A DNA stretch of 64,000 nucleotides from Candidatus Peribacteraceae bacterium (GTDB lineage Bacteria; Patescibacteriota; Gracilibacteria; Peribacterales; Peribacteraceae): assembly GCA_028711345.1 (NCBI GenBank), contig JAQTSK010000002.1:228-64227 (forward strand). Direction: 5' to 3'. How positions within the stretch are numbered: the stretch's first letter is position 1; every line of letters starts with the position of its first letter. Made by a program: the position numbers and the translations under genes. Under the pieces are notes generated by a model. The model worked only from the letters and a program-made list of their open reading frames with translations. It was not told the DNA's origin and searched no databases. Shown here one piece after another: positions 9,855 through 19,295 of the stretch.

Positions 9855-9901
9855 AAAAAAACGGGCGGCTTGCCACGCGAAGCTCCCCGCAGGGAGCGAA
9901 G
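9855..9901 (-). terminator. candidate displaced native ssrA terminator (hairpin + T7)
   Basis: On the minus strand, directly after the orphan tmRNA 3' fragment: CACTTCGC-TCCC..GGGA-GCTTCGCGTGG hairpin region, then CAAGCCGCCCG and TTTTTTT. Confidence 0.3.
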
Positions 9902-9917
9902 TGTGGTGGAGATGCCG
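9902..9917. repeat. attL core (orphan copy of the tmRNA 3' end)
   Basis: TGTGGTGGAGATGCCG, identical to 27639-27654. Confidence 0.7.
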
Positions 9918-10021
9918 TACCCGATTATTACTTGTGGAGATGTGAGTTTAACGAGCTGTAGAATTATTCGATATTTAAGCCAAATTGTAAGCATTAGTAT
10001 CCTGAGGAGTAAAATACGTGT

Positions 10022-11824
10022 ATGGGACGATCACACTCAAAAGCATTTCGTAGGCGGATAAATACAGGAAGACCTTTCACTGCGCCCAGACCCATTGCTG
10101 TTCCCGTTTCGATACCCGCCTCTGTGCGATCTCATATCGATTACATGGCCTACGAACGACTTATGAAGGATTACACCGCAGGTTATAAGGCTGCCGACTT
10201 CCTTCCTCACATATGCAGCCTCTCTGCTGTACGGCTTGGCATGGACGATATATTCAACGCACCAGATGGATACATTATCGCATCTTGGGATATGGCCAAC
10301 ATAACTAAGCATTTTCTTCTCAACGAAGACCCCCATAGCACAAAGCCATTTGGAATCAGAGTTGTAGAGCGTGCATGGATGCTTGAGATTAATCGACCTG
10401 AACCCCATCTTGAGAGAGAAATTGCCACTGGTGGTTGGTGGTTACACTTCATACGCGCTGGTTTCATAAGTGTTAAATATCGAAAGAGGATAAACAGCAT
10501 CTTAGGAAGGGCCATTGTTCTCTTCGGAGAAAGTGAGGCTTTTGGTAAGGATGCAGAGCAAATCGCGTTACGTACTCAGATTGAGACATTATTAGGGATG
10601 CGAATCGAGGAGTTTATAAGAATAGTGTTCGGAATATTCGCAACGCAGTTGAAAAATCATGGAATCATCACCATAAAGAATATCCTTGGGTCATCGGACC
10701 CAAAAATGCAGGAGATTATGGAGCCATCTAAGGTTGCTCGCGTCTTGGAATTGCTTTCCATTACGCCTGAGGGATTCCGAGACTTCGCATCACGCAAGCT
10801 CCCTGCTGGCTTAGATGCTTATTGGCTCAATCCCTTGTTTTCCTATCCTATTATTAAGGAAAAGGATGGAGAACAGATCTTCATTCCCATCACATCTCTG
10901 CTCATGCAGAGGGCTACAACGGGCCTTTATCATATGATTCTAAGAGAACTTGAGAAAAAGGGAGGAAAGGAATCACTCATATTCCGTGATTCGTTCGGCA
11001 AACATATCTTTGAGCCATACGTGGGGCTACATATGGCTCAAGCAATACCCTCAGAGAAGCAAAGAAGGGGTATGAAGTACTGTGACCCCCAGAGACCTTC
11101 ACAGCAGATTAGTGACGTAGATGTTTTGGGGTGGGACGCTGAAGGCATCATTTTTGTAGAAACCACTTTGCTTACAGCTTCTTTGGAAACACAGTTAGCC
11201 GTAAGCACAAAGAGCGTGACGGATTATGTAAGAAAATTATCTGATAAAGTGCGCCAACTGCATAAACATCACAAACACAGCGGACTTATTAAGAAAGATG
11301 TTGGAATATCAGAGGTGCTCCCTCATCACTGCGTATTAGTCACATTTCAAGAGCTTCCGATGCCCAATCTTCTTATCCGTTACCTCCTAGAATTAGAGTT
11401 AAATGGCGAACTAGGCACCGATTTTATCTATCACATCGCCTGCATCGATGATTGGGAGCACCTTTGCTCTTCATCCAAGAAGTATGGTATTCCACTTTCT
11501 CGTCTACTCTCAGAAAAAACAGGCGAGGTTCCTACGGGATATGATCTTATGCAATGGGAATGCATAAAGGATTCCGTATTTGCGAAGATAGAACTAAACA
11601 TGCCAGACCCTGAAAAGGAGAAAGCAGGTAAGAAGCCACCTCAGTGGGATATAACCAATACTGCCTTCTCTGAATTTACGGATTTCCTGATGCGCAGATT
11701 CGGTAAAGAGGCCATCGGTTCTGAGATGCTAGATGAAGCACAGAACCGCATGTGGGTAGAAATGGGTATCGATATCCTCGAAGAGCGCAGAGAGGAGAGG
11801 GCAATGCAGGATGGGCAGAATTGA
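10022..11824 (+). CDS. hypothetical protein, paralog of the next gene; PD-(D/E)xK-like C-terminal half with degenerate catalytic motif
   Basis: ..FGKHIFEPYVG..ISDVDVLGWDAEGIIFVETT.. (11111-11167) aligns with the nuclease core of the convergent neighbour, but has E-T-T in place of E-x-K. An alternative start at ATG 10145 is possible. Confidence 0.55.
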   Translation: MGRSHSKAFRRRINTGRPFTAPRPIAVPVSIPASVRSHIDYMAYERLMKDYTAGYKAADFLPHICSLSAVRLGMDDIFNAPDGYIIASWDMANITKHFLLNEDPHSTKPFGIRVVERAWMLEINRPEPHLEREIATGGWWLHFIRAGFISVKYRKRINSILGRAIVLFGESEAFGKDAEQIALRTQIETLLGMRIEEFIRIVFGIFATQLKNHGIITIKNILGSSDPKMQEIMEPSKVARVLELLSITPEGFRDFASRKLPAGLDAYWLNPLFSYPIIKEKDGEQIFIPITSLLMQRATTGLYHMILRELEKKGGKESLIFRDSFGKHIFEPYVGLHMAQAIPSEKQRRGMKYCDPQRPSQQISDVDVLGWDAEGIIFVETTLLTASLETQLAVSTKSVTDYVRKLSDKVRQLHKHHKHSGLIKKDVGISEVLPHHCVLVTFQELPMPNLLIRYLLELELNGELGTDFIYHIACIDDWEHLCSSSKKYGIPLSRLLSEKTGEVPTGYDLMQWECIKDSVFAKIELNMPDPEKEKAGKKPPQWDITNTAFSEFTDFLMRRFGKEAIGSEMLDEAQNRMWVEMGIDILEERREERAMQDGQN

Positions 11825-11825
11825 T

Positions 11826-13610
11826 CTACTTATGATCGTTATTCATGCCATTCTTAAAGAGCTTCTTTCGAGCTTTTACGATGAGCTTATGCATATGTCT
11901 TCCAACGATCTTATATTTATATATTCGCTTCTTATAGCGCGGGTCGAGAGCTAGAAAATCATTGAGAGATATCAGTCTATCGCGATGTTCTAGGGTGTAA
12001 TCCGATAGCAACTTGTGGAATGGTATTCCCCTGTGAATTGAGTCTTCGAGAGCTAAAAGCTCATCCATTGTCATGGTTATAAGGTTCGGAATGCTTAGCC
12101 TACCCTTGGCCATATCACCACGACCTGTGTCCTGATCTGGCTGGAGCTTTGTCTTAAATTCACGAGCAAGAAACCAGGGATGTAATGCAGAATCGAGATG
12201 AGGATCTCGCACAAAAAGAATGGGGAAAATCCTATCTAAGTCTCGTGGGGCTATGCCATTTACGGATACATCTGTGGAAAGATTCTTAATCGCAGTGGCC
12301 AGTTGTTCTGCCCCCCAAGTATTAACGTACTTCTTCCTTAGCTCTTCTAAATACGCTGCATTATCTGTGCCGTATATCACGTTCAGATTCAAGAACGATG
12401 CCTTGATTTCGAGTATGGCTAGTTGCCGATCTAACTTAAGGCCGATGTCCACATCTCCTGACTGCTGAGGTCGAGACATTTCTACGCCTAGCTTGTTTAC
12501 ACGAGCGCAATATATCTTCTTAAAGAAGAAGTGAGTGTAATCCTCAAAGGCTGCTCCGTAGTATCCGATAAGTTCTTGTGCTGGCTTTTTTAGCTTTTTC
12601 CTAATGATGAAGATTGGCCCAGCGGCCGCTCTTTCTGCGAAGAAAAGAGAATCTAAGATGATACCTCTTCCATCTCTGATACGAAGAATGGGCCTATCAA
12701 GCATTACGCGGGCATCAAATGAACCCGCCTCGCTTAGGGTGGCAACATCGAGACGCTCACCCCAGAAGCCTTTTCGTAATTCTTCAATTGTCTGCGACTC
12801 AAATTCCAGATAAGTTCGAACTGCTGGCTTCATAGAATCCAACACTTCATTTCCTGCGCTGTTTATATCGAAAATGCCATTACTATTCTCTGGCTTAGCG
12901 GCAATCTCTGACAGCGTTTTAAGATAGAAATGCGAAACAAGAAAACTCTTGCAGATGTAGTAGTCATCGATCTCAATTCCAGTCGCTTTGCGAAAATCCT
13001 CTCTGAGGGTCGTATAGTGTTTTTCCAGATATTTCTTTCGACAGAATATGGAATGCCCAAACCCTACCCACATCATAGGGTTAATATGGCCTATATAGCT
13101 ACCCTCATGATTTCTGCGTAATGCAAGCATTAATAACTCCCTCCCTTCATCATCTACTGGCCTCGTCGTTATCTGAGCAAAATCTGTAGTATCTAGCCAA
13201 ATCTTATTAGCAATTAACATTGCCTTAGCAAAGGTCTGCCTGACATCTTGTTTTCTGAACGTTTCCCCGTCCCCTTCGCTATTCTTACACCACAGCAATA
13301 CCCATCTCATAAGCTCCAAAAGTCCAGCCCTCATACAGATCACACTCTTGTTAAAGCCCTCAGATTTTTTCCAAACCAGCTCACATTGCTCCTTTGTGAA
13401 GAACCATTGAAGTATTAGTTTCTGTGTTTCCCTACCGTGATTTTCGGGATCAAGTTCTGGGTTTGATACGAGGAGGTTTAGCCGAGCACACCAAATAAGA
13501 GCATCTGTAAGGCTTAAGGTTTGTAAGCACCGTCTTAGATTATCTATATCTGCACCAACTTCTAAAAATACATCTTCAACGCCTAAGAACGATATTACTT
13601 GCGACGTCAT
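11826..13610 (-). CDS. hypothetical PD-(D/E)xK nuclease-like protein
   Basis: ..YGAAFEDYTHF..SGDVDIGLKLDRQLAILEIKASF.. (12402-12458) fits the D..(D/E)xK restriction-endonuclease-like core. The N-terminal 350 aa have no motif I recognise. Confidence 0.6.
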   Translation of the reverse strand: MTSQVISFLGVEDVFLEVGADIDNLRRCLQTLSLTDALIWCARLNLLVSNPELDPENHGRETQKLILQWFFTKEQCELVWKKSEGFNKSVICMRAGLLELMRWVLLWCKNSEGDGETFRKQDVRQTFAKAMLIANKIWLDTTDFAQITTRPVDDEGRELLMLALRRNHEGSYIGHINPMMWVGFGHSIFCRKKYLEKHYTTLREDFRKATGIEIDDYYICKSFLVSHFYLKTLSEIAAKPENSNGIFDINSAGNEVLDSMKPAVRTYLEFESQTIEELRKGFWGERLDVATLSEAGSFDARVMLDRPILRIRDGRGIILDSLFFAERAAAGPIFIIRKKLKKPAQELIGYYGAAFEDYTHFFFKKIYCARVNKLGVEMSRPQQSGDVDIGLKLDRQLAILEIKASFLNLNVIYGTDNAAYLEELRKKYVNTWGAEQLATAIKNLSTDVSVNGIAPRDLDRIFPILFVRDPHLDSALHPWFLAREFKTKLQPDQDTGRGDMAKGRLSIPNLITMTMDELLALEDSIHRGIPFHKLLSDYTLEHRDRLISLNDFLALDPRYKKRIYKYKIVGRHMHKLIVKARKKLFKNGMNNDHK

Positions 13611-13706
13611 AACATGATTATTTTAGCTTTAAATTATTTTCACATAATGGGAAATTTTTTGTAGTGACCTAAGTATTCTGCTTACCCTACATCAAAAAGA
13701 GCACTT

Positions 13707-14660
13707 GTGGTACATTTCGGATACATGGAAATTGCAATGAAGATGAACGTGGCAGATCACCTGAATCGAACGTTTGAAGCTGCGAAGTGTAGGATTGTGC
13801 TTCAGCGGCTTTTTTCGCTAAACAGAAGTAACAACGGCTCCTTAACCTTCAAGTTTAATCCAGAAACAGATTCGCCGATTTATAAATCGGATACAGTCGA
13901 TTGCCTTCAATCTTTGGCTGATGATGGAATAATAGAACTTCCAAGTTTGGAGAAAAAGAGGCAACGAGTTGGAACGGTTACGATAAAAATTCCGCCTGAC
14001 TTTGATTCGAAGTATCAAGATGCAATAAGGAGATGGCCCCTTTTTCATGATGAACTCTCTTCTCATAAGCAGATGAATTTTGTGTACCAGCAGTTACAAA
14101 ACAAGAGTCGTTTCTTGGGAAAGCAGATTGTGGTCATCGGCAATGGAGACCTTGGAGATGGCAAGGAACTACTGCACATCAATCTGCATCGCGCTCTACT
14201 GTCACTGGAGGCAGATGGGAAAATCTCCATCCATTCCATTCAGGCTATACCTCCTGTTCACTGGGTAGAATTTCCAAACAGCAATCATCGCAAGAAGATG
14301 GTCTACGATTTATTGTACGAAGTGAATGTGCAGGGGAGCACACTCCGCGGCGATAACTACATGCTGGACATGAACAGACTTCTCATCACCTTCGACGACG
14401 GACACACGGCTTCATTCAAGGTTGGAACAGAGTCATACAGATTTTTTGCTCTGTTCGCGCAGGATGGCAAACGTTCAGTATCAAATGAGGAATTGGTATC
14501 CCTGCTGTCTTCAACAACGTATGCCTCTGAGCAGGATATTCGCGATGCGGCCAAAGGGATAAGGTTGAGAGTAAGGAGCAGGGTATTACATGCCAAGAGC
14601 GGCAGCGCTCATGACATCATCCGATATAAAAATCAGATGACCTCGCTCCGGGGAATGTAG
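13707..14660 (+). CDS. hypothetical protein with OmpR/PhoB-like winged-helix C-terminus
   Basis: C-terminal ..FKVGTESYRFFALFAQDGKRSVSNEELVSLL....EQDIRDAAKGIRLRV resembles trans_reg_C wHTH. The track start is GTG; ATG 13725 is an alternative. Confidence 0.45.
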   Translation: MVHFGYMEIAMKMNVADHLNRTFEAAKCRIVLQRLFSLNRSNNGSLTFKFNPETDSPIYKSDTVDCLQSLADDGIIELPSLEKKRQRVGTVTIKIPPDFDSKYQDAIRRWPLFHDELSSHKQMNFVYQQLQNKSRFLGKQIVVIGNGDLGDGKELLHINLHRALLSLEADGKISIHSIQAIPPVHWVEFPNSNHRKKMVYDLLYEVNVQGSTLRGDNYMLDMNRLLITFDDGHTASFKVGTESYRFFALFAQDGKRSVSNEELVSLLSSTTYASEQDIRDAAKGIRLRVRSRVLHAKSGSAHDIIRYKNQMTSLRGM

Positions 14661-14905
14661 TGGTAACTTTTTTGGTAACCGAGTACATAGACGCTTCTAC
14701 TGTTTGCAACTGGGCGTTGTTTTAGTCTGGAACAGTGCAGAAGCGCCAATCATCAAAGGTCACCCGTAAGTTCACTCCTTCGAGTGACTTTGACGCGGTC
14801 ATGTTGGAGATCGTGGAGCTGATTCTGAACTCTGGGCAGAACTCAGATTTAACCGCAGTTGATTCTGGGCGTCCGTAATTTCTCTTTTCTACTTTCTTAC
14901 CCAAT

Positions 14906-15226
14906 ATGTCTATGCATATTTACCCTCTAAAAGCTGGCATGATAATGGATTGGGATACTGAACTCTGTGAAGGCAATATCAAGTATTCAGATGTTGATTA
15001 CTTTCCTAGTTGTGAGTGGGGCCGCGAGATATATACAAATAGACTCTTCGAAAAATCACTGATTTTGCTCGATGAGGAAGATATCTGTGTGTTAGAGGAA
15101 GAATTAAAAGAAGGCTGTTGGGATGAACTCCCGGACTTAGAAAAGTCCCTGAAGGCAATGGTTGATTATGCAAGAAAGAATCCCACACCTGATGGGGATC
15201 ACAATTTTATTTGGATCAACATTTAG
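14906..15226 (+). CDS. hypothetical acidic protein
   Basis: 106-aa ORF in the AT-rich island segment, same orientation as the replication module. Confidence 0.4.
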   Translation: MSMHIYPLKAGMIMDWDTELCEGNIKYSDVDYFPSCEWGREIYTNRLFEKSLILLDEEDICVLEEELKEGCWDELPDLEKSLKAMVDYARKNPTPDGDHNFIWINI

Positions 15227-15247
15227 TACCTCCCCGCATTTCTTTCA

Positions 15248-15484
15248 ATGCTTATGACAACCTTCTCCACCAGCGATCTCTCCATTGCCTCCTATGCGAT
15301 AGCGACGGGTGCAAAGTTGCTCCGCCTTGATCGTTCACAGCCTCGGGCAGTCTTTGTGTTGGAATGTGGTCTGAGCGAGGCCGACATGGTGCATCGGTAC
15401 ATGAATCAGCCGGTGCTGGCGAAGGACTTTGCACTCGCGCAGACCCATCTTAAACACAAGCTTTTCTCCTCTGATCGCGATTAA
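15248..15484 (+). CDS. DUF5659-like small protein
   Basis: ..FSTSDLSIASYAIATGAKLLRLDRSQPRAVFVLE.. matches the pattern of DUF5659 proteins, which are common in phage/plasmid-like elements. Confidence 0.55.
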   Translation: MLMTTFSTSDLSIASYAIATGAKLLRLDRSQPRAVFVLECGLSEADMVHRYMNQPVLAKDFALAQTHLKHKLFSSDRD

Positions 15485-15513
15485 TTCCTGCTTATTCCTT
15501 TTCTATCATTAAA

Positions 15514-17829
15514 ATGGATAATCCAAATGATCTACTGATCCGTGCACTGAACTACCTTGAGATGGGCTGGCCTGTAATTCCGGTGAATCAGAACAAGCGG
15601 CCGCGAATCAGCTCATGGAAAGAGTACCAAGAGCGCATGCCTACTACTGAGGAGGTGACTCGGTGGTTCAATGATCCGGGTGCTGTGGGTATGGCACTGA
15701 TTACAGGGCGTCAATCGGGCACCGTTGTTTTGGATGTCGAAAAGGAAGGCCTAGATGAACTTCAGAGACTAGAAATTCCTCAGACTGTCGTTGCGGTAAG
15801 TGGTGGCGGTGGACGCCATATTTACTTCAAGCATCCGGGTTTTGAAGTGTCGAACATGACAAAGATGGATGGGGTTCCGATGGATATCCGAGGAGATGGG
15901 GGCTACATCATTCTCCCGCCATCGCTGCACGCTTCGGGCAATCATTACTTATGGGCAACCGGACCGGGAGACGTTGAGATTGCCGAAATGCCAACATGGC
16001 TCTTGAAAAGAGTACAAAAAACGGGACTTCCGACTTCCATAGCACCGAATGTCAGCAAGAAAACGAAATTTGATTTCGGCGCGAACGTTCCAGAAGGCTC
16101 CAGAAACACCGAGGCTGCGAAAGCAATCGGAGCAATATTGTGTCGGTTGGAAGAGCAGGAGTTTGATTCCAAGGGGTGGTCACTGGCTGACCAATGGAAT
16201 ACCGCCCACTGTGAACCGCCACTGGAGGAGCAAGAACTGCGCGTCATATTTGAAAGTATCAAGAAGTCTCATATTGAACAGCTACATGACCTATTTGCTG
16301 AGAAAAAGAAACCCAAGGAATCAAAGGCCAAGCGGCTGCTAAATTACGTTGATATTGCAGGCGCTGAGCTGTTTCACAATCAGTCCAATGAACCGTTAAT
16401 GCGAGTCACGGTAAATGGTCATCAGGAAATATTCCGTTGTTCGCATAGAACCGAACGCTGCAAGCGGTACCTGACAAAGTTGTTCTGGGACAACGAAAAA
16501 GCATCGATTAAAGTTAGCGACTTGCAGGAGGCCGCAGATCTACTGGGTGCTCGAGCGTTCCACGATTCCCCAATGAGGGAACTTTCGAACAGAGTCGCTC
16601 GTCACGATGGAGCAATTTTCTATGATTTATCTGATAAAGAATGGAGAGCGGTGCGGATCACTCAGAACGGATGGGAAGTTCTTGCTAACCCTCCGATACT
16701 CTTTGCGCGGGAAGAGCATCAATTGCCTCAGGTCGAACCACTAAAGAGTGGTGGTAATGCCAAGAAGATCCTGGAATATATCAATATTGCTAAGCCCGAG
16801 CATAAGCTCCTGTATCTGGTACAAATCATCTCCTATTTTATCCCCAATATTCCTCATCCCGTAGCGGTATTTCACGGCAAGCCGGGATCAGCCAAGAGTA
16901 CGGCGACGAAAATGACCAAAATGCTGGTAGACCCCTCACAGATGGAAGCATTCACGTTGTCGCGGGATGAAGCGCAAATGGTACAACAACTTTCCCATCA
17001 CTATCTCGGTGCATACGACAATATTGACTATCTGAATCCGGAACAGTCCGATGCCCTTTGCCGTGCCGTAACCGGTGGCGGTTTCTCAAAACGAGCTCTT
17101 TACTCCGATGACGACGATAAGATCTACCACTACCGCAGGTGCATCGTCCTGAACGGCGTAAGCCAAGCCAGCACCAGAACCGACCTTCTGGATCGGAGCA
17201 CCCTCTTTGAGCTTGAGAGGATCCCTGATGATGTTCGCCTTACTGAGCGTGAATTATGGGAAAATTTCAGGAAAGATTTACCCGTTATTCTCGGAGGAGT
17301 TTTTGATGTGATTGCGGAAGCAATGCGGCTGCAACCTACGGTCAAATTAGTCCAACATCCACGTATGGCTGATTTCGCGGAGTGGGGATGCGCTATCGCA
17401 CTCGCCCTTGGCTACACCCAGGAAGAATTCGAGTCGTCGATTAACCTGAATAAGAAGGATCAGCACGAAACTGTTCTGAGCGAGGATGCTGTTGCCTCGT
17501 CTCTACTCAAATTTATGGCTAATCATGGTGAATCATGGCAGGGAACAGCAACAGATCTCCTGATTCACCTAGAAGACAATGGTCTGCGAGGCAGACGCCT
17601 GCCCACTGCGAATGCTCTTTCAAGACGCCTAAACCTCATTGGCTACAACTTGGAAGCCGCAGGCATCAAATTTGAGCGGGGATATAAAGACAACCAGCGC
17701 CTGATTATTCTCACAAAAATACCGTCGGTATCGTCGGAATCAATTCCAGAGAAAAGTGACGACAAGAACCGTACTGACGATACCGACGATGAAAATGGTG
17801 CACTCAAGCGACCTCGGGTTGTTTACTAA
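15514..17829 (+). CDS. bifunctional primase-polymerase (Prim-Pol) / PriCT / P-loop helicase replication protein
   Basis: N-terminal GWPVIPV..KRP...W..GMALITG....VVLDVE..GGGGRHIYF..DIRGDGGYIILPPS. PriCT-like EGSRNTEA...EEQELRVIFESI. Walker A GKPGSAKST. Confidence 0.85.
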   Translation: MDNPNDLLIRALNYLEMGWPVIPVNQNKRPRISSWKEYQERMPTTEEVTRWFNDPGAVGMALITGRQSGTVVLDVEKEGLDELQRLEIPQTVVAVSGGGGRHIYFKHPGFEVSNMTKMDGVPMDIRGDGGYIILPPSLHASGNHYLWATGPGDVEIAEMPTWLLKRVQKTGLPTSIAPNVSKKTKFDFGANVPEGSRNTEAAKAIGAILCRLEEQEFDSKGWSLADQWNTAHCEPPLEEQELRVIFESIKKSHIEQLHDLFAEKKKPKESKAKRLLNYVDIAGAELFHNQSNEPLMRVTVNGHQEIFRCSHRTERCKRYLTKLFWDNEKASIKVSDLQEAADLLGARAFHDSPMRELSNRVARHDGAIFYDLSDKEWRAVRITQNGWEVLANPPILFAREEHQLPQVEPLKSGGNAKKILEYINIAKPEHKLLYLVQIISYFIPNIPHPVAVFHGKPGSAKSTATKMTKMLVDPSQMEAFTLSRDEAQMVQQLSHHYLGAYDNIDYLNPEQSDALCRAVTGGGFSKRALYSDDDDKIYHYRRCIVLNGVSQASTRTDLLDRSTLFELERIPDDVRLTERELWENFRKDLPVILGGVFDVIAEAMRLQPTVKLVQHPRMADFAEWGCAIALALGYTQEEFESSINLNKKDQHETVLSEDAVASSLLKFMANHGESWQGTATDLLIHLEDNGLRGRRLPTANALSRRLNLIGYNLEAAGIKFERGYKDNQRLIILTKIPSVSSESIPEKSDDKNRTDDTDDENGALKRPRVVY

Positions 17830-17952
17830 AATGTTTCCTAGTAATACTGAAATGCACGAATCGACGACAATCCCCCCCCTTTAGGAAAAACGCTTGAATT
17901 GCCAATATAGGCTGTATAATACGAGTTAAAGCCTCTTTCGGCCAATATTAAG

Positions 17953-18183
17953 ATGACGAATCCTTCTCCAAGGCCTCCCCCGATGGAGGGGCTTCTTGAA
18001 CGCTTGCGTCTTATCCGTGGCGAAGCCGAACGGCTCTACTACCTATCAGATATTTTAGGTCGGCAGGGACAGCGCGAAGCGAGCTACAGACAGAAGCGTG
18101 CCGGAGACTTCGCCATGCAGGAGTGGAAGAGGGTGAATGCCCAGTACCGCGCACTGTGGAAGAAACAACGATGTAAGCGCTAG
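17953..18183 (+). CDS. hypothetical small helical protein
   Basis: 76-aa ORF directly upstream of the tyrosine recombinase. Bracketed by GCCAATAT motifs. Confidence 0.35.
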   Translation: MTNPSPRPPPMEGLLERLRLIRGEAERLYYLSDILGRQGQREASYRQKRAGDFAMQEWKRVNAQYRALWKKQRCKR

Positions 18184-18229
18184 TAGAAGCCAATATTGAC
18201 GTTGACTATCTGATGTTCTGAAATAATAA

Positions 18230-19186
18230 TTGTACATATTTTATGAATTTCCCCTCATTTATATGCACAAAGCTCTGCCTAAAGCCCTGGAAACACCAAA
18301 ATACTCACAAAATAATGTTTCGACGGTCGTCTCAGGGGACTTGGAGCGTGTGGTCGCCGCTCTGTTACAGCGGGACGTGAGCAGGAATACCCAGCTCGCC
18401 CTCCGCTCCGACCTCAAGTGTTTTCTTCAGTGGTACGCACAGAAGAACGGAGAGGCGTTCAGATTCCAGCGGGTCGTCATGCGGGACATCACCGATTTCA
18501 GGGATGATCTGAGCAAGACCCTGTCTCCGGCGACCACGAACCGCAGACTCGTGAACGTGCGCCTGTTCCTCCAAGAGGCCGTGGAACTCGACGTGATCCC
18601 CAAGAATCCGGCAAAAAGGGTGAAACAAGTGGCAACGCAGTCTCTCGCTTCCAAGGGACTGACCAAGCAGGAGGCACGGAGATTGATGAAGGAGGTCGAG
18701 ATACGGGCGAATCTTAGGGACTTGGCGGCTGTGAACCTGATGTTGATGGCCGGACTGCGAGCGGGAGAGGTAGTGGCGTTGACTGTGCAGGACGTAGAGA
18801 TGAGCGAACGCAGGGGGACACTGACGATACGGCGTGCCAAGGGGAACAAGACAAGGAGAGTCCCCATCCATCGTGCCCTACGGGCTATCTTGGAGGCGTA
18901 CATCGACCACTACAAGCCAACGGACAAGCTCCTGCTCGGAGAGCGCGGAGCCATTCAGCAGCTTGCGCTCAATGAGATTGTGCGAAAGTACGCGAAGCTC
19001 GCGGGGGTCACGGCGACACCACACACGCTGAGGCATTCATGGGCGTATCAGTATCTCGAACAAAACCCCGGCGACATCGTAGGGCTGGCACAGCTCTTGG
19101 GGCATTCATCCATTAGTACAACGCAAATTTACGTCCAGCATCGGATGGAACAATTGGAGCAGAGGGTGGAGGCGGTGAGCTTCTGA
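18230..19186 (+). CDS. tyrosine recombinase (XerC/D-phage integrase family)
   Basis: SAM-like N-domain. Catalytic region ..GLRAGEV..HTLRHSWAYQYLE..LLGHSSISTTQIYVQH. The start may be ATG 18263. Confidence 0.85.
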   Translation: MYIFYEFPLIYMHKALPKALETPKYSQNNVSTVVSGDLERVVAALLQRDVSRNTQLALRSDLKCFLQWYAQKNGEAFRFQRVVMRDITDFRDDLSKTLSPATTNRRLVNVRLFLQEAVELDVIPKNPAKRVKQVATQSLASKGLTKQEARRLMKEVEIRANLRDLAAVNLMLMAGLRAGEVVALTVQDVEMSERRGTLTIRRAKGNKTRRVPIHRALRAILEAYIDHYKPTDKLLLGERGAIQQLALNEIVRKYAKLAGVTATPHTLRHSWAYQYLEQNPGDIVGLAQLLGHSSISTTQIYVQHRMEQLEQRVEAVSF

Positions 19187-19295
19187 AGGTTCCTCATCAA
19201 AAGTGCGAATCCCTCGACACCAAGGACACACGACCATGCCGCTTCCATGCTACAAAGCGTTGACGTTCACAGATGAACACGAAGAGCGATCCTAC

